Virus record (IMG/VR): IMGVR_UViG_3300036785_000296
Span: 10,005-74,004 of that record
Direction: 5' to 3' (one strand)
DNA length: 64,000 bases
DNA from: a virus
Part shown: piece after piece, positions 9,092 through 19,654 of the stretch
Layout of the letters: every line of letters begins with the position of its first letter
Position numbering within the stretch: position 1 is the stretch's first letter
Notes under the pieces: generated by a model
The model's database searches: none
Told to the model about the DNA's origin: nothing
What the model saw: the letters and a program-made list of their open reading frames with translations, nothing else
Translations under genes and position numbers: made by a program

Positions 9092-9243
9092 AGGTCCGCG
9101 AGATGCGCCAGTTCACGCTGCGGATGCCGCCCGACATCCGCATCTGGCTGGAGCTTCAGCGGCAGAAGCTCGGCAAGCGCTCGCTCAACGCCACCGTCGT
9201 CACGCTGCTTGAAACAGTCAGGAAGCAGGAGAAAGCAGCGTGA
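9088..9243 (+). CDS. Arc-family ribbon-helix-helix repressor
   Basis: QFTLRMPPDI...L......RSLNA.VV.LL. Confidence 0.75.
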   Translation: MKVREMRQFTLRMPPDIRIWLELQRQKLGKRSLNATVVTLLETVRKQEKAA

Positions 9244-9611
9244 CGCGGAAGGCGACCCTGGCCGAGCGACGCCGGACGTGTCCGGCCTGCGGCGGGACCT
9301 TCTACGCGGCGAAGCCGTCGAGCAAGCAGTGCTACTGCGGCCACAAGTGCGCGTTCATCGTCATCGGCGAGACCGTGCGCGCGGCGGCGAACGCGCCCGA
9401 GGTGCGGGCGAGGATGGCTGACGCCCGGCGCGGCCGAGGCAGCTACGCCTACGTCAAGCGTGGCGGTCGGCACGAACACCGCGTCGAGGCTGAGCAGAGC
9501 CTTCGGCGGCCACTCCTGGCCAACGAGATCGTGACCATCAACCGAACTGTCTATCCGAACCGGAGGGCCTACGTGCGCGCCGAAGGGTTCGTCCGAAGGG
9601 AAAATCAATGA
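9240..9611 (+). pseudogene. Degenerate HNH homing endonuclease remnant
   Basis: CPAC..YC..KC and EHRVEAEQSLRRPL..NEIV present, but the following HH..D....N catalytic segment is missing. Confidence 0.5.
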
Positions 9612-10990
9612 AAATCATACATTTAGTTGCGGAGAACGTGAAGCGGCTCGTCGCCGTGGACATCACGCCCGAGGGCCATGTGATTGAGATCACAGGCGAA
9701 AATGGAAGTGGGAAGACCAGCGTCCTCGACGCGATCTTCTGGGCCATCGCGGGCGAGCGGCCAATCCAGAGCCACCCGATCCACGATGGCGAAGAGAAGG
9801 CGCGCATCCGGCTCGACCTGGGCGAGTTCATCGTGACGCGCCGCTTCGACGCCGTGGCGGGCGGCGGCTTCACCACCAGCGTGAAGGTCGAGAACGCGGA
9901 CGGCGCCAGGGTCGCCAAGCCGCAGACCATGTTGGACAGCCTGATCGGCGCCCTGGCGTTCGACCCGCTCGCCTTCGCGCGCTCGAAGCCGGCGGATCAG
10001 TTCGAGGAGCTGAAGCGGCTGACCGGGCTCGACTTCAACGCGCTGGAGGCGGCGAACAAGGCCGACTTCGAGACCCGCACCGGCGTGAGTCGGTTGATCC
10101 GCGAGTATCAGGCGCTGCTGAGCAGCATGCCGCCGGTCGAGGCGCCCGGCGCGCCGGTGGACGAGGAAGCCCTGGTCACCGCGCTGCGCGATGCAGGGCC
10201 GCACAATACCGACATCCAGGCGCGCAAGCAGCGCCGTGACACCGCCGAGGCGCGCATCGTGGCCATCGATCAGGAGATGACCAAGCTGCTTCAGGAGAAG
10301 ACCGACCTAAGACAGCGCCTCGACAACGCCGGGCCGCTGGCCGCGCTGATCGACACCAACGCCATCGTGGAGAAGCTGAGCGCAGCGAGGGAGGGCAACC
10401 GGCTGATCGCCAAGGCCAAGGAGCGCGCCGACATGGTCGCCAAGATCGCCAGCGTCGAGCAGCAGGCCCAGGCGCTGACGGCGGGGATCGAGGAGCGCGA
10501 GCGCGAGAAGCGCAGGATGATCGCGGGCGCCGAGATGCCCATCGAGGGCCTCTCCTTCGGCGACGGGATCGTGACGCTCGGCGGCCAGCCGTTCGATCAG
10601 GCCAGCGATGCCGAGCAGCTCCAGGCGTCGGTCGCCATCGCGGCGGCGATGAACCCGAAGCTGCGGGTGATCCGGGTGCGCGACGGCTCGCTCTTGGACG
10701 ACACCTCGATGAGCGCCCTGGCCGATTTCGCCGCCCAGCGCGACTATCAGGTCTGGATCGAGGTGGTCGATAGCGACCGGCCCGGCGCCATCATCATCGA
10801 GGCGGGCAAGGTCGCGGGCGTGGTCGGAGACGACGGCGGCCCCCAGCGTGTCCCGCCTGCGGAGCGCGGCAGGGCTTCGTCGGCATCTGCGAACGGTGCG
10901 CCCGAGGCTTCGCAGGCGAGCGCGGGCTCTACCCAGCCGACGTCCGCGCCGCCGTCGAGCGCTGGCGATCCCGATGAACTGGATTTCTGA
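9608..10990 (+). CDS. SMC/SbcC-like AAA ATPase
   Basis: ENVKRL, GENGSGKTSVLDAI Walker A, coiled coil, AS.AEQ signature, DGSLLD. Confidence 0.85.
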   Translation: MKIIHLVAENVKRLVAVDITPEGHVIEITGENGSGKTSVLDAIFWAIAGERPIQSHPIHDGEEKARIRLDLGEFIVTRRFDAVAGGGFTTSVKVENADGARVAKPQTMLDSLIGALAFDPLAFARSKPADQFEELKRLTGLDFNALEAANKADFETRTGVSRLIREYQALLSSMPPVEAPGAPVDEEALVTALRDAGPHNTDIQARKQRRDTAEARIVAIDQEMTKLLQEKTDLRQRLDNAGPLAALIDTNAIVEKLSAAREGNRLIAKAKERADMVAKIASVEQQAQALTAGIEEREREKRRMIAGAEMPIEGLSFGDGIVTLGGQPFDQASDAEQLQASVAIAAAMNPKLRVIRVRDGSLLDDTSMSALADFAAQRDYQVWIEVVDSDRPGAIIIEAGKVAGVVGDDGGPQRVPPAERGRASSASANGAPEASQASAGSTQPTSAPPSSAGDPDELDF

Positions 10991-10991
10991 A

Positions 10992-11261
10992 ATGACCGAG
11001 CTTTCGGATGACGACGCCAAGGCGCTGCTGGTCGCGGCCAACTCGATCACCGGCGCGCTGATGGACGTGGCGCAGTGGCTCCAGCCGGAGGCGGTGGCCG
11101 CCACCTCCATGACGCTGGCGGAGACGGTTCTCGCCAAGGTCATCGCGGGCGCAGCCACCATGTCGGATCACTCGCTGGACGAGATCATCGAGCGCTGCCA
11201 CGAGCACATGACGGTGCTGGCGAAGTACTACTACCTCAAGCTGAGCGAGGAGCGGGTATGA
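10992..11261 (+). CDS. Hypothetical protein
   Basis: Tightly packed ORF. Confidence 0.55.
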   Translation: MTELSDDDAKALLVAANSITGALMDVAQWLQPEAVAATSMTLAETVLAKVIAGAATMSDHSLDEIIERCHEHMTVLAKYYYLKLSEERV

Positions 11262-11500
11262 CCGCTGACGAGATCGACATGGCCGCCGTGCGCGAGTGCC
11301 AAGCGGTCGCCAGCATGGCCGCCGAGCACACCAGTCCCGAGAACCCCGGCGCGACCGCGCTGGCGATCATGATCAGCGCCTATTCGCTCGCCCTCGCCGA
11401 GTACATGAAGGCTGGCGTGATGACCCTGGAGCAGGCGCTGAGCGGCGTGCGGAGGGACTTCGACATCATCGAGAGCGAGCTGCGGAAGGTGACGCCATGA
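11258..11500 (+). CDS. Hypothetical protein
   Basis: ATGA overlap, GAGGAG RBS. Confidence 0.6.
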   Translation: MTADEIDMAAVRECQAVASMAAEHTSPENPGATALAIMISAYSLALAEYMKAGVMTLEQALSGVRRDFDIIESELRKVTP

Positions 11501-12432
11501 GCTTCCTAGTCGCGAAGTGGGAGGGCGTGGTGCCCGAGCCGGGCCTCTACCTGGGCACGCCCGAAGAGCGCTACCACGACGACCCGACGCCCGAGCCCTC
11601 GCTGAGCGCATCTGTCGCCAAGATCGCCTTCGAGAAGGCGCTGTCGAAGGCCCAGGCGGCTCACCCCCGGCTGCGCCTGCCGGACTATCCGGAGGACGAG
11701 ACCGGCGAGGAGGAGCGCTCGCCGATGTGGTATCAGGACGTCGGCTCGGCGGTTCACTCGCTGTCGCTGCGCGCTGGCCAGCAAGTCGAGTGCGCGCCCT
11801 ACCAGAACTGGCGCTCCAAGGACGCCCAGCAGTACCGCGCCGAGTGCCGCAACGCCCGCCGCATCACGCTGATCCCACGCTACTACGACATGGCCATGCG
11901 GATGGCGGCCAAGCTCCAGCCCAGGCTGATCGACCTGATGGGCTCGGACTTCGCCGCCGAGGCGATGGCCGCCTCGCGCGACACGAAATACGGCTACTGG
12001 GTCCGCTCCCTGCTCGACGGGACCTCGGTCGATCTGCGGCAGATCGTGGAGCTGAAGACCACCGCCCAGGACGCCAGCCCGGCCGCTGCCGGCCGCACCG
12101 TCAACCGCAACGGCAACGTCTTCCAGAGCCAGTTCTATTTGAGAAACCTCGACAACCTTGATCCCGGCGGCATGGGCAAGCGCCGCTTCAACTGGATTTT
12201 TCAGGAGTTCTCGTACCCCCACGAGATCGCCATCCTCCACCCCGATCCGGCGCTGTCGAGCGCGGGCGACACCAAGGTCGAGGCGGCGATGTTCCTGTGG
12301 TCGAAGGCGCTGAAGAGTGGCCAGTGGCCCGGCTATCCGAAGGAGAGCCAGTCGGTCGGGCCCGAGCCCTGGATGCTCCGCGATCTGGAGGAGCGGATGA
12401 TGATGGACGAGGAGCTTCAGGATGCCTTCTGA
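11497..12432 (+). CDS. RecE/exonuclease VIII-like PD-(D/E)XK nuclease (DUF3799-like)
   Basis: PGLY....E.YH....PSLSAS, GSAVH, R..LD.......ELKTT, Q..FY, WPGY. Confidence 0.8.
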   Translation: MSFLVAKWEGVVPEPGLYLGTPEERYHDDPTPEPSLSASVAKIAFEKALSKAQAAHPRLRLPDYPEDETGEEERSPMWYQDVGSAVHSLSLRAGQQVECAPYQNWRSKDAQQYRAECRNARRITLIPRYYDMAMRMAAKLQPRLIDLMGSDFAAEAMAASRDTKYGYWVRSLLDGTSVDLRQIVELKTTAQDASPAAAGRTVNRNGNVFQSQFYLRNLDNLDPGGMGKRRFNWIFQEFSYPHEIAILHPDPALSSAGDTKVEAAMFLWSKALKSGQWPGYPKESQSVGPEPWMLRDLEERMMMDEELQDAF

Positions 12433-12697
12433 GATCAACTGGTACGACCCGCAGAAGCAGCTCCCGCACGACGGCGAGGAATGTCTGATCATGCCGCACA
12501 GCCGTGGCGGCCTCATCACGGCCGGCGTCTTCGGCCCGATCAGATGGAAAGCCAACATGAACGGCACGGGCCTATGGCTCGATATCTTCCGCGATCCCGA
12601 GGCTGGGACGATGATCTCGCCGATGGACGTGGGCTGCTGGACGCTGTGGGACCCCATCGCCCCGCCCGAGGGCCTGCCGACGCCGAGGGAGCTGTAA
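12422..12697 (+). CDS. Hypothetical protein (DUF551-like Trp pattern)
   Basis: W......LP..GEECLI ... V..W..W. Confidence 0.55.
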   Translation: MPSEINWYDPQKQLPHDGEECLIMPHSRGGLITAGVFGPIRWKANMNGTGLWLDIFRDPEAGTMISPMDVGCWTLWDPIAPPEGLPTPREL

Positions 12698-12698
12698 G

Positions 12699-13844
12699 AT
12701 GTCTGACTGGGAAGCGACGCCCGCCAAGCGCGAGCATGTGCCGCTGCTGGTCGGCATCTTCGGACCCTCGGGTGGCGGCAAGACTTACAGCGCGTTGCGT
12801 CTCGCCAAGGGCATCCAGAGCGTGGTCGGCGGCGAGGTCTACGGCGTCGACACCGAGAGCCGCCGGATGCTGCACTATGCCGACGATCCCGACCTGACCC
12901 GCGACGGCTGGTCGTTCAAGCACGTCGAGTTCAAGGCGCCGTTCGGCAGCTTGCGCTACCTCGAAGTGCTGCGCTGGTGCGTCGACCAGGGCGCCAAGAC
13001 CGTCATCATCGACAGCATGTCTCACGAGCACGGCGGCGAGGGCGGCTACCTCGATGAGCACGACAAGGACTTGGACAGGTTCGGCGGCGCCGACGAGCGC
13101 AAGCGCGAGCGCAACAACATGCGCGCCTGGATCAGGCCCGCGACCGAGCGCAAGAAGCTGATCCGGGGCCTCTTGCAGCTCGACGCGAACTTCATCTTCA
13201 CCTTCAGGGCCAAGGAGACCGTCAAGCCGGACGGCGGCGGCGGCGTCACCGAGATGGGTTTTGTCCCCGAGGCCGGGGACGCATTTTTGTACGAAATGAC
13301 CGTCTGCTGTCTCTTGATGCCGGTCGCGGGCGGCGTGCCGACTTGGACATCGAAGATGCCCGGCGAGGCGCAGATGATCAAACCGGCCAAGCAGTTCATC
13401 GATCTCTTCGCCGGTGTTCGCCGCCCGCTCGATGAGAAGCACGGCGCCGGGCTCGCGCTCTGGGCCAGGGGCACGTCACCGAGCCCCCAGCCCGCAACGC
13501 CTGCACCGGACGCTACGCCCCCTGCCGCAGGCCCAGCCCCCACCGCTCCTGTGGAGACTGTCTCCGAGCCTGGAACGGAAGCTGGTACGCCGCCTACTGG
13601 CGCCGCAACTTCGGAGCAGCCCGCTGACTGGGACCACGAGGCCTGGGCGAAGGCGTTCAACGAGTTCCTGCGTGCGGTGACGACCGTCGCCGACTTCGAC
13701 GCGCTCTGGCAGGACCCGTCCAATCAGGCCCTGCGCGCTCAGCTCAAGACCCGCGATGCGTCACTGGCCAAGAGCCTGCACGCGGCCAGTACGTCGATCC
13801 GCAAGGCGCTGCGCTCGAAGGAGACGGCGAGGGAAGAGTTCTGA
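12699..13844 (+). CDS. Sak4-like AAA ATPase (candidate recombinase)
   Basis: GPSGGGKTYSAL, DTE, IIDSMSHE; adjacent to RecE-like gene. Confidence 0.75.
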   Translation: MSDWEATPAKREHVPLLVGIFGPSGGGKTYSALRLAKGIQSVVGGEVYGVDTESRRMLHYADDPDLTRDGWSFKHVEFKAPFGSLRYLEVLRWCVDQGAKTVIIDSMSHEHGGEGGYLDEHDKDLDRFGGADERKRERNNMRAWIRPATERKKLIRGLLQLDANFIFTFRAKETVKPDGGGGVTEMGFVPEAGDAFLYEMTVCCLLMPVAGGVPTWTSKMPGEAQMIKPAKQFIDLFAGVRRPLDEKHGAGLALWARGTSPSPQPATPAPDATPPAAGPAPTAPVETVSEPGTEAGTPPTGAATSEQPADWDHEAWAKAFNEFLRAVTTVADFDALWQDPSNQALRAQLKTRDASLAKSLHAASTSIRKALRSKETAREEF

Positions 13845-14977
13845 TGCCGAGCGCCGACACCCCAGGCGTCCCGCCGAAGGACGTGCCGCGTCCCGACGAA
13901 GACCTCCATACGTGCGCCATCATGCTCGACCCAGGCTCGCCGCATCAGGACGACCCACCCGTCACCATCGTCATCTACCCGCTCGACTACGCCGCCGGTG
14001 GCCGCATCTTCAAATGGCTCCAGGGCCAGATGGCGCTCGCCAGGGAGGCACACGGTGGCTAGCTCGACCTTCTACCGGCATGACATCCCCGAGCGGGCGA
14101 CGCATCTGGTGCGCGGCTACATCGGGCGGGCGCTCCTGGCCGAGGTCTGGGCGCAGGGCTGGGGCACGGTCGAGACCGAGATCGAGGTGTTCAAGAGCCA
14201 GGAACACTGCGACCGGATCGAGGTGCAGTGGCTGGGCAACCCCTACGCCAGCGGGCCGCTGCGTGCGCGCGGTCACGTCGAGACGGTGTGGACCCGTGGC
14301 TGAGCCGCCCACCCCCCAGGAAGTCCGCAGCGCGGTGGAGCAACGCTACTACGTGCAGCCCAGCGGCATTGGCTGGCAGGTACGGGACAACGAGACTCAG
14401 CGGGTTGTCGAGCGCGACGGCTCGCTGTTGATCTTCAAGACGCAGAGCGCAGCCAACCGCGCGCGTCGTGCGATGCTCCACCCGGATGCCTTGCGTCAGC
14501 GGGAGCCCAAGCCGTGACCCCCACCCCCGAGGAGGTCCGCAGCGCGGTGATCGGCTTGCAGGCGTTCTGCGATGACCCCATCAACTCGAACCTGATGTTC
14601 GCCGTCGCTCGGGCAAAAGCCGTCCTCGCCGCCCACGCCCAGCAGCAGGCCATGCTGAAGGAGCTTCTCGGAACCGCCGAAGCCATCAACGGATCGCTCG
14701 ACCACTGTGAGGAACAGCAGCGCCCTTGGGAAGACAAGCAGCCGGAGCCGCTCATCTTTGCGAAGGTGCGCGAGATGCTGAAGCCATGATCCTGCGGACG
14801 TGCGGCGACTGCCGCCACCTCGACCCGGCCACGGTCCCCACCCAGTCGGCCCGCAAGGTTCGGTACTGCACCAAGCGCTGCACCTGGGAGTACGAGGCGA
14901 CGCCGCGCGGCGAGTTCGAGAGCGAGTGGTGGTGCTCCTTCTGGGAAGCCATTGCGCCCGGCCGCGTGAGTGCATAG
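13844..14977 (+). CDS. Five overlapping small hypothetical genes (13844-14062, 14055-14303, 14296-14517, 14514-14789, 14786-14977)
   Basis: Successive start/stop overlaps; third and fourth share TPxEVRSAV near the N-terminus. Confidence 0.55.
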
Positions 14978-15003
14978 ATATCTTGTGAAGGTCCGGATGG
15001 ACC
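14951..15003 (+). promoter_or_regulatory. Early-promoter cassette variant with GGTCC-GGAT-GGACC hairpin
   Basis: ATAGATATCT plus GGA-loop hairpin like the cassettes at 50785 and 54282. Confidence 0.55.
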
Positions 15004-15018
15004 GCAGAGATATCCAAC

Positions 15019-16293
15019 ATGATGAAGCAAGTTGACGGCAACGCCCTGCGGGACTGGGTGCAAGTCGCCCCGGAGCAGGAAGGCGACGAGCCCCACTACG
15101 TCCGCGCCGAGCGCGATGAGCCGGTCGAGGCCCACCTTCAGGTGCGGCCCCAGTTCGTCGGCGACCTCCTGAAGCGGGTCGCGAAGTTCCAGAAGATCGC
15201 CGCCCGGCACGGCCAGGAGGTCAGCGCCAGGAAGATCGGCGAGGTCATGGCGCCTCACCCGGTCTTCGGCAAGAAGCGCCCCCAGCGGCGCGAGGTCTGG
15301 GCGGTGGTGGTCCCCCCGATGGTCGGGGTGAAGGGCCGGATCGTGGGCCACTTCGAGCAGGCCGAGGACCGCAAGAGCCAGTACGTCCACGTCTTCCACG
15401 AGGCCGAGCGGGCCGCCTGCGAGGCGCTCCTGCCCCGCGCTGGCCAGTGCGACCACTGCCACAAGCAGCGGGCGCGGGTGAAGTCCTTCGTGGTCGAGCA
15501 TGAGGGCGAGGTCAAGCTGGTCGGCTCGAACTGCCTGATGGACTTCCTGGGCGTCGATCCCGGCTGGGCCCTGGCGGCGGCCGAGTGGTTCGAGGCGGCC
15601 GAGCGCAGCGAGAGCGAGGGCGGCTGGGGCGGCGGCGGCCACTACCGTGACCTGATGTCCCTAGTGGACGGCGCCTACAAGGTTGCCAAGAAGCACGGCG
15701 GCTACCCCCAAGGCGACGACCGCTACTGGTTCCGGAACCACGCCCAGATCGTGGCCTTCGGCCCCAAGAGCGCCTCCGACCGGGAGGTCGCCAAGGAGTA
15801 CGCCGGGTTCAAGCCCGAGCCCATCGACCTCCAGGCCCTCGCCGACTACGTCGAGCAGGCCTCCGGCGACTTCGGCGCCAACCTGCGGATCGCGATGGAG
15901 CAGGACATGATCCACGCCAAGCGCTCGGCGCTGGTGATCGCCGGGGTGGCCATGTGGGTCGGCCGCTCCCTGAAGCGGAAGGACGAAGAGGTCAAGGCCG
16001 CCAAGCTACCCGCGCCCAAGGCCTTCGCCGAGAAGGTCGGGAGCCGGATCGACTTCGAGGCCGAGGTGGTCCGCGCGATCCCCCGGCAGGGCGACTTCGG
16101 GATGAGCCTGATCATCGCCCTGCGCTGCGCGGACGGTCGGCAGGCGGTGAACTTCCACTCCGGCTCGTTCCGCCCCGAGGCTGGCAAGCGCTACAAGGTG
16201 CGGGCGAGCATCAAGCGGCACCAGCCCGCCTTCAAGGGCTTCGGCGAGGAGAGCGTGCTGAGCCGGGCGGTCTACGAGGAGATCAAGGCATGA
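15019..16293 (+). CDS. Conserved phage protein with CDHC/VGSNC motif and possible C-terminal OB fold
   Basis: 424 aa ORF downstream of cassette; GC-rich third codon positions. Confidence 0.7.
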   Translation: MMKQVDGNALRDWVQVAPEQEGDEPHYVRAERDEPVEAHLQVRPQFVGDLLKRVAKFQKIAARHGQEVSARKIGEVMAPHPVFGKKRPQRREVWAVVVPPMVGVKGRIVGHFEQAEDRKSQYVHVFHEAERAACEALLPRAGQCDHCHKQRARVKSFVVEHEGEVKLVGSNCLMDFLGVDPGWALAAAEWFEAAERSESEGGWGGGGHYRDLMSLVDGAYKVAKKHGGYPQGDDRYWFRNHAQIVAFGPKSASDREVAKEYAGFKPEPIDLQALADYVEQASGDFGANLRIAMEQDMIHAKRSALVIAGVAMWVGRSLKRKDEEVKAAKLPAPKAFAEKVGSRIDFEAEVVRAIPRQGDFGMSLIIALRCADGRQAVNFHSGSFRPEAGKRYKVRASIKRHQPAFKGFGEESVLSRAVYEEIKA

Positions 16294-16451
16294 GCGACTA
16301 CCGGGACGACTACGACGACGAGCCCGCCTGCTCGAACCCGAAGGGCCACGAGTGGGCCTACACCGGGGCCGAGTACGGCGGGGACGACGAGCGGTGGCAC
16401 GGCGAGGGTCGCTGCTACTGCATCCACTGCGGCGCTGACGGCGACGCCTGA
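16290..16451 (+). CDS. Small acidic Zn-binding protein
   Basis: C....GHEW ... YCIHCGADGDA. Confidence 0.55.
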   Translation: MSDYRDDYDDEPACSNPKGHEWAYTGAEYGGDDERWHGEGRCYCIHCGADGDA

Positions 16452-16477
16452 AACCAGAGAGAGAAGGGAACCACAAC

Positions 16478-16918
16478 TTGGGCTACACACACTATCACCC
16501 GCAGGGACGGGACTTCACCGCCGCCGAGTGGCAGCGCCTCACCGACGCGGCCACGAAGATCGTCGCCGAGTTCGGCCAGGGCGTGACCGCCGCCCCGCTG
16601 GCCTGGGAGTACGACGAGCCGACCAAGCCGCCGCAGATCGACGGCGACGTGATCCGCTTCAACGGCGTCGGCGAAGATGGCCACGAGACCTTCCTGCTGA
16701 CCCGCATCCGCGAGCCGTACTTCACCTTCTGCAAGACGGCCAGGAAGCCCTACGACGTGGTCGTGGTCGCGATCCTGATCGCCGCCGACGCCATCGCCCC
16801 AGGCGCCCTCGCCATCGGCTCGGACGGCGACGCCGACGACTGGCAGGCCGGGCTCACGCTCGCCAGCCGGGCGATCCCGACGCTCGCCGCCGAGGTGCCT
16901 GCGGAAGTCCGCGAGTGA
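16478..16918 (+). CDS. Conserved phage hypothetical protein
   Basis: MGYTHY, IRFNG....HETF, FCKTARKPYD.VV motifs. Confidence 0.75.
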   Translation: MGYTHYHPQGRDFTAAEWQRLTDAATKIVAEFGQGVTAAPLAWEYDEPTKPPQIDGDVIRFNGVGEDGHETFLLTRIREPYFTFCKTARKPYDVVVVAILIAADAIAPGALAIGSDGDADDWQAGLTLASRAIPTLAAEVPAEVRE

Positions 16919-17142
16919 CGCCCGACAACCTCTTTGCCTGGGTGACGACCCTCCCGAACGGCGAGGTCAACGTGATCGGCGCGTGGGTGCCGAACGTCGG
17001 CGCTTTCACGCCGCTGGTGGTCGCCACCGAGCGCACCGCCCGGCAGCTCCAGCGGTTCGCGGAGGCGCACCGCGCCTCGACCGGCCAGCCCTGCCGCTTG
17101 GTGCGGTTCACGGCGGCCGAGACGCTGGTGGAGGTGCCGTGA
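16915..17142 (+). CDS. Hypothetical protein
   Basis: GTGA overlap. Confidence 0.55.
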   Translation: MTPDNLFAWVTTLPNGEVNVIGAWVPNVGAFTPLVVATERTARQLQRFAEAHRASTGQPCRLVRFTAAETLVEVP

Positions 17143-17492
17143 ACGAGCCCGTCAAGATCGAGAAGCGGCGGCGCTTCCGGCAGGCCGACGTGGTCGAGCG
17201 CTACCGGCTGCAAGACGGCGTCTGCGACCTCTGCCCGGCCGAGCTGACGACGTTCATCTGCGACCATCGGGTCCCGAGGGCGATGGGCGGCAAGACCAAC
17301 CTCGCCAACCTGTCGCTTGTCTGTGAGGCCTGCGCTGCGAAGAAGGACCCGGCCGACATCAGCCGGATCGCCAAGGCCAAGCGCCAGGGCGCGCCCCGCA
17401 AGGTCGCCAAGCGCCCGATGAAGGGCCGGGGCTTCGACAAGCGCGTCCACCACCACATGGACGGCACGAAGAGCCCCAGGAGCGGGCGCTAG
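17139..17492 (+). CDS. HNH endonuclease
   Basis: CDLC, DHRVPRAMGGKT..ANL..VCEAC. Confidence 0.75.
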   Translation: MNEPVKIEKRRRFRQADVVERYRLQDGVCDLCPAELTTFICDHRVPRAMGGKTNLANLSLVCEACAAKKDPADISRIAKAKRQGAPRKVAKRPMKGRGFDKRVHHHMDGTKSPRSGR

Positions 17493-17604
17493 CCGTGCGC
17501 CAACAGCCGCGCCGGGATGGGCTGGTAGGATGGGACCCCGCAGGGCAAACGCCTCTGTACGGGCCCTTCCTGGGGCCTCCAGGGGCATCCCGGCGGAGGG
17601 AGCC

Positions 17605-18030
17605 ATGAGCGAGTTCGTTGAGACCCGCTGCGCCCGCTGCAAGGAGCGCTTCTGCCTGACCGCTGAGACCGACGCGCTGCTGCGGCGCAGCGGGCAGAGC
17701 TTCCACTGCCCGTGGGGTCACCCGCTGCACTTCAGCCTGGGACCGAGCGAGGCGGACAAGCTGCGGCTCGACCGCGACCGCCTGAAGCAGCAAGTCGCCC
17801 AGCGCGACGACGAGATCAAGCAGGAGCGCGGCTGGCGCCAGGAGGCCGAGGCGGCGGCCAAAGGCGCCGAGCGCCGGGTCTCCGCCGCCAGGGGCCAGAT
17901 CACCAAGCTGAAGAAGCGCGCGTCGGCGGGCATCTGCCCTTGCTGCAACCGGCACTTTCAGGAGCTGCAAGCCCACATGGCGACCGAGCACCCGACGTTC
18001 GAGGCCGAGCCCATCGTGCTGGAGCCCTGA
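17605..18030 (+). CDS. Cys-rich coiled-coil phage protein
   Basis: CARC, FHCPWGH, GICPCCNRHF..L..HM..EHP; GGAGG RBS. Confidence 0.7.
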   Translation: MSEFVETRCARCKERFCLTAETDALLRRSGQSFHCPWGHPLHFSLGPSEADKLRLDRDRLKQQVAQRDDEIKQERGWRQEAEAAAKGAERRVSAARGQITKLKKRASAGICPCCNRHFQELQAHMATEHPTFEAEPIVLEP

Positions 18031-18191
18031 CGCTTGTCCACAATCCGGCGCTCTCCTGTGGAAAAAGGCGACATTTTGTCCGAAGGGGGATGACAGCCGT
18101 CACAGATCACTGGTACGTGTCCATAGCCAAGTTCGCTTGGTGGGGGACGGCGCGACCCAACTTCGCGTCTCATTTCAGGATACCTGACAAC

Positions 18192-18533
18192 ATGAAGCAT
18201 CTTCTTCTGGCGGGCGTCGCCGCCATCGCGATGTCGTTCGCCGGCATCGCCGCTGCGGCCACCGCCACCACGGCCACCGCAACCAGCGGCGCGGCCAGCG
18301 GCACCTTCAGCGTCCAGGCCGGGCCGGGCACGACCATCGCGGCGTCGACGTCCACGAACACCTCGAACGGCAACGCCCAGGCGCTGTCGCTCCAGCCGGT
18401 GTTCTCGGCGACCAACGCCAACTCGACCACGAAGGGCTCGGCGTCCAACGCCTCGACTTCGAACGCGGCTTCGCTCTCGGGCGGCTTCTCGTTCCAAGAC
18501 GGCACGGCGACTTCTTCGGCGCTGGCTCACTGA
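18192..18533 (+). CDS. Exported Ala/Ser/Thr-rich protein
   Basis: Sec-like signal MKHLLLAGVAAIAMSFAGIAAA; low-complexity mature region. Confidence 0.7.
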   Translation: MKHLLLAGVAAIAMSFAGIAAAATATTATATSGAASGTFSVQAGPGTTIAASTSTNTSNGNAQALSLQPVFSATNANSTTKGSASNASTSNAASLSGGFSFQDGTATSSALAH

Positions 18534-18606
18534 GCCTCGCGAGCCGGTCTCTGCCCGCGCCCCCCAGCACCCGCTAGGGCTTCGCGGAACGAGCCGGCAA
18601 CGAAGG

Positions 18607-18646
18607 GAGGCGGGGGGAGAACAGGCCCCTCGCCTCTTTCTCTTTC
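18607..18646 (+). terminator. Intrinsic terminator/attenuator-like hairpin between the two exported-protein genes
   Basis: GAGGCGGGGG/CCCTCGCCTC stem followed by TTTCTCTTTC. Confidence 0.5.
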
Positions 18647-18667
18647 AAACCCAAGGTGGGGCTCCAG

Positions 18668-19654
18668 ATGAACAAACTCCTCGCGACCACTGCGGTCGCG
18701 CTCCTCCTGGGCGGCCCGGTGCTCGCCCAGCAGACCTCGACCTCCGACGCGACGTCGACCGCCCAGCAGAAGCAGGGCGAAGTTCAGACCCAGAACCAGT
18801 CGAACGGCGCGAACACCAACGGCCCGCAGACGACCACGGTGGGTCCGCAGACCTCGACCTCCAACTCGGACAGCAAGGCCAACTCGGGCTCGCTCTCCAA
18901 CGCCAACAACGGCGGCCAGCAGACCACGGTCGCGCCGGTCTCCACGTCGGCCAACGACACCTCGAACTCGAACGCCCGCTCGAACGCCGAGACCACCTCG
19001 ATCTCGGTGGCCAAGGGCGGCACGGGCGGCTCGGCGACCGGCGGGGCGGGCGGCTCTTCGACCTCGACGTCCGGTGGCGGCAGCGCCACCTCGAACGCGG
19101 CGGGCGGCAACGCGACCGGCGGCAACTCCGCAGCGACGGCCAACCCCAACGCCAACAACGCCGGCAACGCCCAGAACATCACGTTCAACAGCCCGGCGAC
19201 GCCCACGCACACCTCGGCCGACATCAAGAGCGCGCCGACCGTCTACGCGCCCGCCCTGGCGACCACCCTCACGGAAACGTGCATGGGATCGTCCAGCGCG
19301 GCGGGCAGCGGCATGGGCTGGGGCCTCTCGTTCGGGTCGACCTGGGAGGACAAGGCTTGTGAGCGCAGGCTCAACGCCGACCGGGTCGCAGGCCTCTTCG
19401 GGGACCGGGAGGCGGCCAGGGCGATCATGTGCGGCGACAGGACCGTGTACGAGGCCTTCGAGCGCGTCGGCCGCCCGTGCCCTGGTAGCCCGAACTACCA
19501 TCCGGAGCAGAAGGAGTTCTATCCGGCGTCGCCCGCCGACGTGCCGCCGCCTCCGCCTCCGCCTCCGCCGCCCCAGGCAGCGCCGCCGCCGCCGCCCGAA
19601 ACGATGGCGCCGATCCCGAATAACTACGAGGCGCCGAGGACGCCCCGGAACTGA
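18668..19654 (+). CDS. Exported Ser/Thr/Asn/Gly-rich protein with C-terminal 4-Cys domain and Pro-rich tail
   Basis: Signal MNKLLATTAVALLLGGPVLA; C.GS.S.......G.SFG.T..D..CER...MC...CP domain. Confidence 0.75.
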   Translation: MNKLLATTAVALLLGGPVLAQQTSTSDATSTAQQKQGEVQTQNQSNGANTNGPQTTTVGPQTSTSNSDSKANSGSLSNANNGGQQTTVAPVSTSANDTSNSNARSNAETTSISVAKGGTGGSATGGAGGSSTSTSGGGSATSNAAGGNATGGNSAATANPNANNAGNAQNITFNSPATPTHTSADIKSAPTVYAPALATTLTETCMGSSSAAGSGMGWGLSFGSTWEDKACERRLNADRVAGLFGDREAARAIMCGDRTVYEAFERVGRPCPGSPNYHPEQKEFYPASPADVPPPPPPPPPPQAAPPPPPETMAPIPNNYEAPRTPRN